Positions 39,881-48,642 of a DNA stretch of 64,000 nt are shown piece by piece (position 1 is the first letter of the stretch; each line of letters starts with the position of its first letter). Source of the stretch: Candidatus Latescibacterota bacterium. Lineage in GTDB: Bacteria > Latescibacterota > UBA2968 > GCA-2709665. Below the pieces are notes generated by a model. The model was not told the DNA's origin. It saw only the letters and a list, made by a program, of their open reading frames with translations, and made no database searches. Made by a program: the position numbers and the translations under genes. The stretch is from positions 4,768,001 to 4,832,000 of the forward strand of contig OZ242358.1 of the NCBI GenBank assembly GCA_965208835.1, read 5' to 3'.

Positions 39881-40114
39881 GACAACAACTCCTCGACGAT
39901 ACAGCCTCGCAGCACCGTCGATTCAGCGTAAATCGCTGGTACCAAGACGCATAGACACCTGCAACACTTAGAAACATAGAAATCTAACGAATAGGAAAAT
40001 GGATGTCAAGGCAAAATCCATACCTGTTTATTACGATTCCATTTGAATTCGTGGACGCGTTGAGACGAAGGCTGAACCGGAATTTCACCCCAGACTATGC
40101 TCGCCACATGCATG

Positions 40115-40143
40115 TTGACACGACCCCCGTAATCCCGTATATT
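40115..40143 (+). promoter_or_regulatory. Putative sigma70 promoter toward guaB
   Basis: TTGACA, 17-nt spacer, TATATT. Confidence 0.55.
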
Positions 40144-40295
40144 GCAGGACTCGTCAGACGGATGGACTATCGTTGCATTCGCACCCGGAGTTTCTCAATG
40201 CGCGACAGAATGCTTGGCGTCAGAAAAAGGTCTTCTCCGCCCGCTTTGAACCGCGCGCGGCGGAGGCGCCCGGCCTTGTAACGGGAAGTTGTGCG

Positions 40296-40323
40296 AACCC
40301 CTTGACACGTGTGTCAAGGGGTT
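40296..40323. promoter_or_regulatory. 13-bp-arm palindrome (possible operator)
   Basis: AACCCCTTGACAC-GT-GTGTCAAGGGGTT. Confidence 0.5.
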
Positions 40324-40389
40324 TCTTGTATCCGGATATGATGTAATTGCCCAGCGTAGATGCGCGGTTTTATTGGGAAGCTGTTCCAA

Positions 40390-40599
40390 GAAGCTGTTTT
40401 AAAATTACCGGTGAGTTCCCGAGCGCGAGCGAAAAAGTGGCGGTTAAGAGGCACGAGGGGCGCACAGCGCCGACGGGCAAATTCGCCTATGAGAGGCGAG
40501 CAAGCGCAGCCTCGATCTCGTACGACGGGTGGATTTGACCAACGCCGACCGGCGCTTTTGCAGCCGTGCGAAGACCGTTGGGAATTTTAAGACAGCTTC
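40390..40599 (-). mobile_element. MITE family A (210 bp, inverted)
   Basis: TIRs GAAGCTGTTTTAAAATT / AATTTTAAGACAGCTTC, flanks CAA and TAA. Confidence 0.9.
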
Positions 40600-40617
40600 T
40601 AAACCACGGAGACAATA

Positions 40618-42090
40618 ATGGACAGATCCACGGAAAAAATCGCCAAAGAGGGACTGACGTACGACGACGTGTTGTTGATTCCCGGCAAATCCGAAGTACT
40701 GCCCAATCAGGTGGATCTGACCACGCAGCTTACCCGCGGGATCAGGCTGAATATCCCTCTGGTCAGTGCCGCCATGGATACGGTTACCGAGGCCCGGCTC
40801 GCCATCGCCCTTGCCCAGGAGGGCGGGATCGGGATTGTCCACAGGAATCTGTCCGTCGAGGAACAGGCCGAAGAGGTGGCCAAGGTGAAACGGTCGGAAA
40901 GCGGTATGATCGTCGATCCGTTGACGCTTTCGCCGGACAACTATATCCGTGAAGCGCTGGAGATGATGTCCAAGTATCGGATTTCCGGAGTGCCGATCGT
41001 CGACGGCGGCACGAGACTTGTGGGCATCCTGACCAACCGGGACCTCAGGTTCGAAAAAAACGTGAACCGCAAGGTGTCCGACGTTATGACGCACAAGGGG
41101 CTGGTGACGGCCCGGTTGGGAATCTCTCTGGAAGAAGCGCAGGAGATTCTGCAGGAACATCGTATCGAGAAGCTGCCCGTTGTCGACGATAAGGGCGTCC
41201 TCAAGGGCCTGATCACCGTAAAGGATATCGAAAAGAAAATCCAGTATCCGAACGCGTGCAAAGACCGGCTCGGCAGGCTCCGCGTCGGTGCCGCGGTCGG
41301 GGTGGGAGGCGATCTGGAAACCCGGGTCGGAACGCTGGTCGACCGTGACGTGGACGTGATCGTCGTGGATACGGCGCATGGCCATTCCAGGGGTGTTCTC
41401 GAGGCCGTGGAACGCATCAAGAATGCCTTTCCGGAAACGGAAGTGATTGCCGGAAACATCGTGACGGCCGAAGCGGCGCGGGACCTGATTCTGGCCGGAA
41501 CGGATGCCGTCAAGGTGGGTATGGGGCCGTCGGCGAGCTGCACCACCCGGGTCATCGCCGGGGCCGGCGTACCCCAGGTATCGGCCATCATGGACTGCGC
41601 CGAGGTCGCGGAGAAGGCAGGCGTCCCTGCCATCGCGGACGGCGGAATCACCCAGTCGGGAGATATTACAAAGGCCATCGCGGCCGGCGCGAATTCCGTG
41701 ATGATCGGATTCCTGTTCGCAGGGACGGACGAGAGTCCCGGAGAGACGGTTATCTATCAGGGACGGACCTTCAAAGTGTATCGCGGCATGGGTTCTCTGG
41801 GCGCCATGCAACGTGGAAGCAGGGACAGATATTTCCAGGGAGGCGTCGAATCCAACAAGCTGGTTCCCGAAGGCATTGAAGGACAGGTGCCGTACAAGGG
41901 TTCCATCTCCGGTTTCATATATCAGCTGATTGGCGGGTTGAGGGCGGGCATGGGCTATTGCGGAACGAGAAACGTCCTGGAACTCCGGAGGAACGGTCGA
42001 TTCGTGAAAGTCTCGTCGGCCGGTGTCCGGGAAAGCCACGCGCACGACGTGTCGGTCACGAAAGAGGCGCCGAACTATCGGCTGGAGTAA
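40618..42090 (+). CDS. guaB: IMP dehydrogenase
   Basis: [20 protein letters not shown] pair, DTAHGHS, CTTR, YRGMGS, RYFQ, VPEGIEG. Confidence 0.95.
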   Translation: MDRSTEKIAKEGLTYDDVLLIPGKSEVLPNQVDLTTQLTRGIRLNIPLVSAAMDTVTEARLAIALAQEGGIGIVHRNLSVEEQAEEVAKVKRSESGMIVDPLTLSPDNYIREALEMMSKYRISGVPIVDGGTRLVGILTNRDLRFEKNVNRKVSDVMTHKGLVTARLGISLEEAQEILQEHRIEKLPVVDDKGVLKGLITVKDIEKKIQYPNACKDRLGRLRVGAAVGVGGDLETRVGTLVDRDVDVIVVDTAHGHSRGVLEAVERIKNAFPETEVIAGNIVTAEAARDLILAGTDAVKVGMGPSASCTTRVIAGAGVPQVSAIMDCAEVAEKAGVPAIADGGITQSGDITKAIAAGANSVMIGFLFAGTDESPGETVIYQGRTFKVYRGMGSLGAMQRGSRDRYFQGGVESNKLVPEGIEGQVPYKGSISGFIYQLIGGLRAGMGYCGTRNVLELRRNGRFVKVSSAGVRESHAHDVSVTKEAPNYRLE

Positions 42091-42176
42091 GATTCAGGCG
42101 GCGGGAATGCATACGGCAGATGGTACTGTTACATCTGCCGTTTCACATGGTTTTCAATGGGGTTCCGGTATTGGGC

Positions 42177-43304
42177 GTGAAGATCGATATCGAAGAAATC
42201 CGGACCCGGTTTCCGGTTACCCGGAACTGGATATACATGAATCACGCCGGAATCGCGCCAATCTCACAGAGCGCCTACCGGGCAATGGAGGGCATGCTGC
42301 AGGACCTGACCCGCAATGGAATGGTCAACCTGCCCGAATGGGACGAAGTATGTGCGCAGACGCGGGAATCGGCCGCCCGTCTGATTGGCGCAAACGCATC
42401 GGAAATCGCCTTCGTCAAAAACACGTCCGAAGGAATCCTGATGGTAGCCAACGGACTGGCGTGGCGGCAGGGCGACAACGTCGTCATTCCCGATCGGGGA
42501 TTCCCGGCCAATGTCTATCCCTGGCTGAACCTGCGTTCACTGGGCGTAGAGGTTCGGCGTGTTCCCGAGGTCGACGGTCGTATCCCGCTGAAAGACCTCC
42601 TGAATGCCGTCGACGACCGAACGCGCGTGCTGTCCGTGAGCTCGGTGGAGTTCGCGAGCGGATTCCGGCACGACCTCCGGGAAATCGGCCGATTCTGCAG
42701 CGCGCGGGGAGTCCTTTTCTTCGTGGATGTCATTCAGAGCCTCGGTGTTCTGTCCCTGGACGTGACGGACGCAGAAATCGACTTTGTTTCGGCAGACGCC
42801 CACAAATGGCTTCTGGGTCCGGAGGGAATCGGGCTCTTCTATTGCTCAAGCCGCGCCCGGCAACATCTGCGTGTGGTAAATCTGGGCTGGGCGAACGTGG
42901 TGGAACCCAGGGATTTTCTGTCGTACGATACCACGCTCCTGCCCGATGCACAGCGGTTTGAATGCGGCACGTTGAATACCGTGGGCATCCATGGATTGAG
43001 GGCCGGTCTCGACCTCCTTCATCGCGTCGGCATCGACAGCATTGAAGCGCGGGTACTGTCGCTGACCGATCAGCTCTGTGCCGGACTTGAGGAAAAGGGC
43101 TACCGGGTGGTCAGTTCCAGGGCGCCCGGCGAAAAGTCGGGCATCGTGATCTTCCACCATTCCCTGATCGCCACGGATGCGGTTTATCGGATGTTGTGCG
43201 ACGCACGGGTCGTTTGCGCGGTCCGGGGGGGACGCGTCCGTCTGTCGCCGCATTTCTATAACACCGAAGAAGAAATCGATCGCGTGCTGGACGCGATTCC
43301 GTAA
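42177..43304 (+). CDS. Class V PLP enzyme (cysteine desulfurase/selenocysteine lyase-like)
   Basis: IYMNHA, NTSEG, VD.IQSLG, HKWLLGPEG, R.SPHFYN. Confidence 0.88.
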   Translation: MKIDIEEIRTRFPVTRNWIYMNHAGIAPISQSAYRAMEGMLQDLTRNGMVNLPEWDEVCAQTRESAARLIGANASEIAFVKNTSEGILMVANGLAWRQGDNVVIPDRGFPANVYPWLNLRSLGVEVRRVPEVDGRIPLKDLLNAVDDRTRVLSVSSVEFASGFRHDLREIGRFCSARGVLFFVDVIQSLGVLSLDVTDAEIDFVSADAHKWLLGPEGIGLFYCSSRARQHLRVVNLGWANVVEPRDFLSYDTTLLPDAQRFECGTLNTVGIHGLRAGLDLLHRVGIDSIEARVLSLTDQLCAGLEEKGYRVVSSRAPGEKSGIVIFHHSLIATDAVYRMLCDARVVCAVRGGRVRLSPHFYNTEEEIDRVLDAIP

Positions 43305-43307
43305 AAG

Positions 43308-43527
43308 CGGGGAGAGGGGAGACGGAAGAGGGTAGAGGACCACACCACATCCCACCGCCTGGTGAGACGCAAGACGTGAGACGGGAGAGATTTCCAGCCT
43401 TGTAAGAATTCTTCTCGTGCCGGAGGCAACGAGGAAGAACATACCCGGCAATGATCTCATCTACCGTCTTACGTCTCCCGTCTACCCGCCTTTTTTCTAC
43501 CGTCTCCCCTCTACCGTCTTACCGCCT
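43308..43527. repeat. Inverted short-unit repeat tract
   Basis: Purine-rich GGGAGAC/GTGAGAC units on the left and complementary GTCTCCC/CTACCGTCT units on the right. Confidence 0.65.
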
Positions 43528-43529
43528 TT

Positions 43530-43554
43530 GGGCGACCACAAGGGTCGCCCCTAC
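43530..43554 (-). repeat. GTAG-type REP-like palindrome
   Basis: GTAGGGGCGACCCTTGTGGTCGCCC. Confidence 0.7.
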
Positions 43555-43626
43555 AAAAGCAACGAAGGCGCGTTCCATTTGAAGCGACAAAAAGGGATCT
43601 ACCTCACGACGGTACTAAAGGATTGA

Positions 43627-44043
43627 ATGATGACAGAACTTGCGACCGGCGAGGTCCAGGGCCTGCTGGACTCACTGAAGAATGTAGTAATAGAGGGGGA
43701 TTCCCGCGCTTTGGAGCAACTCCTCGCGGAGGACGTCTGCGCGTTTTTTTCGGGAGGAGACACACCCGTACGCGGCAGGGATGCCGTGCTGGCCACATGG
43801 ACAAGACACTTCGGGCGCTGGTCCGACGTACGAATCGATCGAAGGGATACCGTGGCGGGAACCCGGGGAAACGTGGCCTGGGTGCAATTTCTGTGGGACG
43901 GCGAAGGCAGAATCGGTGCGCAGCGCTACAGGCTCGAAGGCGAGCGGTGGACCGTCGTCCTGCGACGTGAGAATGGAAGCTGGCGATTCGTGCAGATGCA
44001 TTCGTCCATGCCATACCGGGATTGGGAATCGCACCGCGCGTAG
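43627..44043 (+). CDS. NTF2/SnoaL-like protein
   Basis: GD...L..L.AED, GRDA, R.T.V..R..G.W....MH.S. Confidence 0.8.
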   Translation: MMTELATGEVQGLLDSLKNVVIEGDSRALEQLLAEDVCAFFSGGDTPVRGRDAVLATWTRHFGRWSDVRIDRRDTVAGTRGNVAWVQFLWDGEGRIGAQRYRLEGERWTVVLRRENGSWRFVQMHSSMPYRDWESHRA

Positions 44044-44104
44044 TGATTGTTGCGGCTGTGCCGCCCGGGAGCTGACCACAGACGCCAGTACGTCAACGAG
44101 GATC

Positions 44105-45220
44105 GTGGTATTGGAGTTGCCTGAGACGATTCTGCAATTCGGCGGAGGCAGCTTTCTCAGGGCGTTCGCCGACGTGTTCGTTCACGAGGCGAATGCGGGG
44201 GGTGAAGCCGTGGGGCGTATCGTCGTCGTTCAGTCCACCGACGGCAACCGCGCGGCCCTGCTGAACACGCAGCGCGGCAGGTATCACGTGGTATTCAGGG
44301 GATTGTCGGATGGGGAGAGAATTGACAGGACGCTCGCGGTTCGCAGTATCAGCCGGGCGCTGATCGCGAAATCGGAATGGGCAGAGGTGATTCAGGTTGC
44401 CCGGTCGCCGGCTTTGCGCATGGTGATCTCGAATACGACCGAAGCCGGGTATACGCTCATCGACAACGACGATCCCGAAATGCCCCGTTCATTCCCCGCC
44501 CGGCTGCTTTGCATTCTCAAGGCACGCTACCGGGCCGGCCTGCCGGGTCTGTCGGTGTTACCGTGTGAGCTGGTAGAGCCGAATGGCGATCTGCTCCGGG
44601 AACTGGTACTCGGCCAGGCCGGAGCCTGGCGCCTGGATGCGGGGCTTCAGGACTGGATTCTGCGGGAAGTGCGATGGGTGAACACGCTCGTGGATCGAAT
44701 CGTCAGCGGCAGGCCTGACACTCATCCGCTTCTGGCGTCCGACCGGTTGCTGACGGCGGCGGAGCCGTTTGCCCTCTGGGTAGTCGAGGAGAAAGCGGAA
44801 GCGCTATTCGCCCACCCCTGCGTCAGGTACGTTCCGGACGTTCGACCGTATGCGCTGCGGAAGGTGCGCATCCTGAACGGCGCGCATACGGCCCTGGTGT
44901 GCAAGGCGCTTCCTTCGGGACTGCGTACGGTTCGTGAAGCGGTCGGGGACCCGGCGATCGGCAAGTGGTTGAGGCGTGTGGTCTTCGAGGAAATCGTACC
45001 GGCGCTCGAGCACGTCGTGGAAGATGCCGGGCAGTTTGCCGAACAGGTCCTGGAGCGGTTCGCCAATCCCTTTCTGGATCACCGGCTCGAGGCTATCGCG
45101 CTGCATCACGACGAGAAAGTAAGGGTGCGCCTGGTGCCGACCTATGAGGCGTACTTGAAGGCATTCGGCCGGCCGCCGGAGTTGCTGGGGAACATCCTCG
45201 CCCCTTACATGAACGCATAG
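44105..45220 (+). CDS. uxaB: Altronate (tagaturonate) oxidoreductase-like, mannitol dehydrogenase family (start uncertain)
   Basis: ILQFG.G.FLR.F.D, SNTTEAG, SFPA, PCEL, NTLVDRIV, RKVRILNGAHT, RFANPF..H. Confidence 0.82.
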   Translation: MVLELPETILQFGGGSFLRAFADVFVHEANAGGEAVGRIVVVQSTDGNRAALLNTQRGRYHVVFRGLSDGERIDRTLAVRSISRALIAKSEWAEVIQVARSPALRMVISNTTEAGYTLIDNDDPEMPRSFPARLLCILKARYRAGLPGLSVLPCELVEPNGDLLRELVLGQAGAWRLDAGLQDWILREVRWVNTLVDRIVSGRPDTHPLLASDRLLTAAEPFALWVVEEKAEALFAHPCVRYVPDVRPYALRKVRILNGAHTALVCKALPSGLRTVREAVGDPAIGKWLRRVVFEEIVPALEHVVEDAGQFAEQVLERFANPFLDHRLEAIALHHDEKVRVRLVPTYEAYLKAFGRPPELLGNILAPYMNA

Positions 45221-45297
45221 CGATGACGTCCGTCGAAAACCGTCGCCGGACATCCTCGGTGTTTGATTTCGCCGTGATACGCGCCAACCTCGTATTC

Positions 45298-45322
45298 GTA
45301 GGGGCGACTCTTAGAGTCGCCC
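45298..45322 (+). repeat. GTAG-type REP-like palindrome
   Basis: GTAGGGGCGACTCTTAGAGTCGCCC, related to the 43530 copy. Confidence 0.65.
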
Positions 45323-45436
45323 ACATAATGGCGCTGATTGAGAGGATTTGGTATCGCCAGGCCGTATCGTTATCCGGGTTTAGCTGACGGCTGATTGCTG
45401 ACAGCTGGGCCTCGGATCAAGTTAAAGGAGGTGTTG

Positions 45437-46666
45437 ATGGATAAGGCGGCGCTTCTGGGCGGGACCCCCGTCCGGTCCGAACCGTTTCCGTCCTGGCCGC
45501 AGTCGGACGGACGCGACCTGGATCATCTGCGCGACGTCCTGGAAACCAGCCTGTGGGGGGGCACCATTCACGGTCCGCGGGTGACGGCGTTCTGCGATAC
45601 ATTCGCGAAGTTCTCGAATGCGCGGCATGGCGTGGGTATGGGCAGCTGCACGGCCGGACTGGAGTTGTCCCTCCGGGCGTTCGGCGTCGGGCCGGGAGAC
45701 GAAGTAATCGTTCCCGCCTACACATTCATCGCAACCGCGCTGGCGCCCCTTGCGATCGGAGCCGATGTTGTCTTCGCGGATATCGATCCCCGGACGTTCT
45801 GCATAACGCCGGAGGCAATAGAAGGGGCGATGTCCTCGCGCACAAAGGCGGTGATTCCCGTTCATTTCGCAGGGCACGCGGCGGACGTGCAAGGAATTCG
45901 GGCGTTGGCGGACCGGCACGGGCTGAGAGTCATATGGGACGCGGCGCATGCGCACACGTCCGGGTGGCGGGAGAGGATGCTGGGCGGTCTGGGCGACGTG
46001 GCCGTTTACAGTTTCAATCACGCAAAGAATCTGACGTGCGGCGAGGGAGGGATCGTAACGACGAACGACGAAGGGCTCGCGGATTTTCTGAAGTTTACGC
46101 TATCCACGTTCGGAAGAAAGAAAGGACGGCCCTGGTACGAACATCACCATCTGGGATTTTCCGATCCGCTGACTGAGTTTCAGGGCGCTATTCTGCAAGC
46201 GCAGTTCGAACGCCTTGAAGAGCAGAGCCTCAGGCGCGAGGAGAATGCCAGGTTGCTGATACGAGGATTGACTGAAATTGAAGGTATCGAACCGCCGTAC
46301 ATGTCTCCGGATGTCACGCGCCATGGCTGGCATGTATTCGTCATGACCTATAACGAAGATGCATTCGGCGGGCTTCCCAAGGAGACGTTCAGGAAGGCGC
46401 TCGAAGCTGAAGGAATCCCGAACGGCGGGTATACCTATCCTTTATATGACAATCCGATGTTCAATACGGAAACGGGCGAGGTCGCCGGAGCGCAGGGCAG
46501 GTGCCGCGTGATGCCCTGTCCGGTGAGCGCGTGGGCGTGCCGTGACGGCGTCTTCAATCTTGCACAATCGGTGCTGCTGGATGAACCCGACGGGATGAAC
46601 GATATCGTGACGGCGATCGAGAAGGTGAAAGCCAATGCCGGCAATTTAATGGATTGGAAGGAGTGA
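45437..46666 (+). CDS. DegT/DnrJ/EryC1/StrS aminotransferase (RifK-like N-terminus)
   Basis: ALLGG.P....FP.WP, GDEVIVP.YTF.AT, DAAHAH, SF...KNLT.GEGG. Confidence 0.9.
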   Translation: MDKAALLGGTPVRSEPFPSWPQSDGRDLDHLRDVLETSLWGGTIHGPRVTAFCDTFAKFSNARHGVGMGSCTAGLELSLRAFGVGPGDEVIVPAYTFIATALAPLAIGADVVFADIDPRTFCITPEAIEGAMSSRTKAVIPVHFAGHAADVQGIRALADRHGLRVIWDAAHAHTSGWRERMLGGLGDVAVYSFNHAKNLTCGEGGIVTTNDEGLADFLKFTLSTFGRKKGRPWYEHHHLGFSDPLTEFQGAILQAQFERLEEQSLRREENARLLIRGLTEIEGIEPPYMSPDVTRHGWHVFVMTYNEDAFGGLPKETFRKALEAEGIPNGGYTYPLYDNPMFNTETGEVAGAQGRCRVMPCPVSAWACRDGVFNLAQSVLLDEPDGMNDIVTAIEKVKANAGNLMDWKE

Positions 46667-46669
46667 GCA

Positions 46670-47485
46670 ATGGACGAGACGGTTGCTCTCACGCTGTCCC
46701 AGCGGTTTCACTTCGATACATACGGCTACGTCCTGCTGGAAAACGTGCTGACGCCGGACGAGGTGGAGCGCATGAAAGCGGCGCTCTACCGGCTCAAGGG
46801 CAACCCGGCGGCAGCTCCGCGCGTATATGTTCGTCCGCGGGGCGATCATCATGTGCTCTTTGGAAACCTGGTGGAATTCGATCCCGCCCTTCTGGAATAT
46901 GCGGCCCATCCCGGGCTGGTTCCGCTGGTGGAAGAGGTGGTGGGAGGCGCGGTGCGGCTGGAGGAGACGGAAGCGATCATCAACCGGCGGGATCCGGATG
47001 CGGATCTGGATCAACTGCATTCACGCCGTACCAATCCAACGGGTTTTCACAGGGGAACGACCGCAACGTGGGGTTGCTATACGGAGCAGGACAGGCATCA
47101 CTGTATCTTTGTGAAGACGCTCGCCTATCTGACCGACGTGGGACCGGACGATGGAGGCACGTGCCTGATCCCGGGAAGCCACCGGTTGACGTGGCCGCGT
47201 GAAGAAATGATCCGGGCGGCCATGGACGACGAGCGGCTGATCCACCAGGTTGAGGCCACGGCTGGTTCGATACTCCTGTTCGGCGAGTCGCTGATCCACA
47301 GCACCACCGCGATTCGGAGCGACAGGGAGCGGGTGATTCTGGTTGCCGGATACACGCCGCCGATGGTTCGGGAGTGGATGGGCAACGAAGTGAGCCCAGA
47401 ATTCGTCGCGACCCTGCCCGAAGCAATGCGACCGCTCATTTCGGGCAGCGACAGCTGGAACTGGCGGCGCAACTACACACAGTAG
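46670..47485 (+). CDS. PhyH-family Fe(II)/2-oxoglutarate enzyme (HxG iron motif)
   Basis: F...GY..L, YLTD....GG...IPGSH, G...F....IH, distal R. The first motif is H-R-G. Confidence 0.85.
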   Translation: MDETVALTLSQRFHFDTYGYVLLENVLTPDEVERMKAALYRLKGNPAAAPRVYVRPRGDHHVLFGNLVEFDPALLEYAAHPGLVPLVEEVVGGAVRLEETEAIINRRDPDADLDQLHSRRTNPTGFHRGTTATWGCYTEQDRHHCIFVKTLAYLTDVGPDDGGTCLIPGSHRLTWPREEMIRAAMDDERLIHQVEATAGSILLFGESLIHSTTAIRSDRERVILVAGYTPPMVREWMGNEVSPEFVATLPEAMRPLISGSDSWNWRRNYTQ

Positions 47486-47647
47486 GAAGCCGTTTTAAAA
47501 TTACCGGTGAGTTCCCGAGCACGAGCGAAAAAGTGGCGGTCAAGACGGGAAAACCCGCCCATATTTGTCTATACGGGTGGGTTTGACCAACGCCGACTGG
47601 CGCTTATGCAGCCGTGCGAAGACCGCAGGGAATTTTAAGACGGCTTC
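47486..47647 (-). mobile_element. MITE family A variant (162 bp)
   Basis: TIRs GAAGCCGT / ACGGCTTC. Starts immediately after the PhyH TAG; right flank is TAA. Confidence 0.88.
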
Positions 47648-47678
47648 TAAGAGACAATACTTCCGAGGAGTTTTCCCA

Positions 47679-48422
47679 ATGGCGGACAAGCGAGTATTTG
47701 TAGGGGACCTGACCCGGACGGAATTTCGGCAGCGAATGGAATCGGGTGAGATCGAGGCGGCGATTGTGCCGGTGGGCGCCACCGAGCAGCACAATGAACA
47801 TCTGGCGATGATTCACGATGCGTTTCACGTCACCCACGTCGCGGAACAGGCGGCCAGACGTCTTCATCCCCGGGTTGTGGTGGCGTCACCTGTTAGCATC
47901 GGCGTATCGGAGCAATGGATGGAGCACATCGGGACGCTGACGGTGCGGCCGGAGATCTTCTGCGAGTACGTTTACGACGTGTGCGATTCACTCAGGCGGG
48001 CGGGTGTCGGAAATATTCTGATTCTGAACGGACACGGCGGGAACGTGAAACCGATCATGCGCCGCATAGACGAGTACCGGGAACGCCTGGGTCTGAATCT
48101 CCGGTTTCAGTCGTACTGGGACGTATGCGATCCCGCGCTCGTCTTTTCAACCATGGAGGCCAATCGTCTTCCCGGTCACGCCTGTGAATTCGAGACCTCG
48201 ACGATGATGGCGCTTGCGCCGGAGCGTGTACACGCGGCGCTTATGGTCAATGAGGCTGCGAAGCTGGCAACGAAGGAAAAAGGAGAACTGCTGATCGGGC
48301 ACGCGGTATCGGGTGTGGCGGATGTGATTGACAAAATGATCGCGGGCGAAACGGTGGACAAGCCTCCGGTCACGTTCGCGGAGGGACAGCGGATTCACAT
48401 GGTGACCGGCGACCGGGTTTAG
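47679..48422 (+). CDS. Creatininase family protein
   Basis: PVGATEQH..HL...D, NGHGGN, HA.E.ETS. GAGGAG RBS before ATG 47679. Confidence 0.88.
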   Translation: MADKRVFVGDLTRTEFRQRMESGEIEAAIVPVGATEQHNEHLAMIHDAFHVTHVAEQAARRLHPRVVVASPVSIGVSEQWMEHIGTLTVRPEIFCEYVYDVCDSLRRAGVGNILILNGHGGNVKPIMRRIDEYRERLGLNLRFQSYWDVCDPALVFSTMEANRLPGHACEFETSTMMALAPERVHAALMVNEAAKLATKEKGELLIGHAVSGVADVIDKMIAGETVDKPPVTFAEGQRIHMVTGDRV

Positions 48423-48489
48423 CCCGGCAGACCTGTTCAGCACGTGACCCGGCCTGCCGGCGGCGGAGGGAAGTTTGCGTCCGAAAAAA

Positions 48490-48564
48490 TGGAGCCGCCC
48501 GGGGGGTTCGAACCCCCGACCTACGGATTACAAATCCGTTGCTCTACCGCTGAGCTAGGGCGGC
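48490..48564 (-). tRNA. tRNA-Thr(UGU)
   Basis: GCCGCCC acceptor stem, TAGCTCAGCGGTAGAGC D-arm, ACGGA-TTTGTAA-TCCGT anticodon arm, GGTTCGAACC T-loop, encoded CCA. Confidence 0.96.
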
Positions 48565-48642
48565 CCGTTTTCACCAATTTATATGCCGTGTCCGATATAA
48601 ACGCCAGGGCCCTCGTACGGCCCTGAAGGCGCTCGCGGTCCG

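Noticed and set aside
40144-40290. Purine riboswitch or leader ORF upstream of guaB
   Set aside because: No recognisable aptamer core. The short ORF lacks a convincing RBS or informative composition.
41515-41550. GuaB active-site loop GPSASCTTR differs from GPGSICTTR (possible GMP reductase)
   Set aside because: The catalytic Cys, the RY flap and the other IMPDH motifs are retained, so this is treated as ordinary divergence.
42177-48564. Genomic island integrated at tRNA-Thr
   Set aside because: No integrase, no duplicated tRNA 3' end seen, and no evident composition shift.
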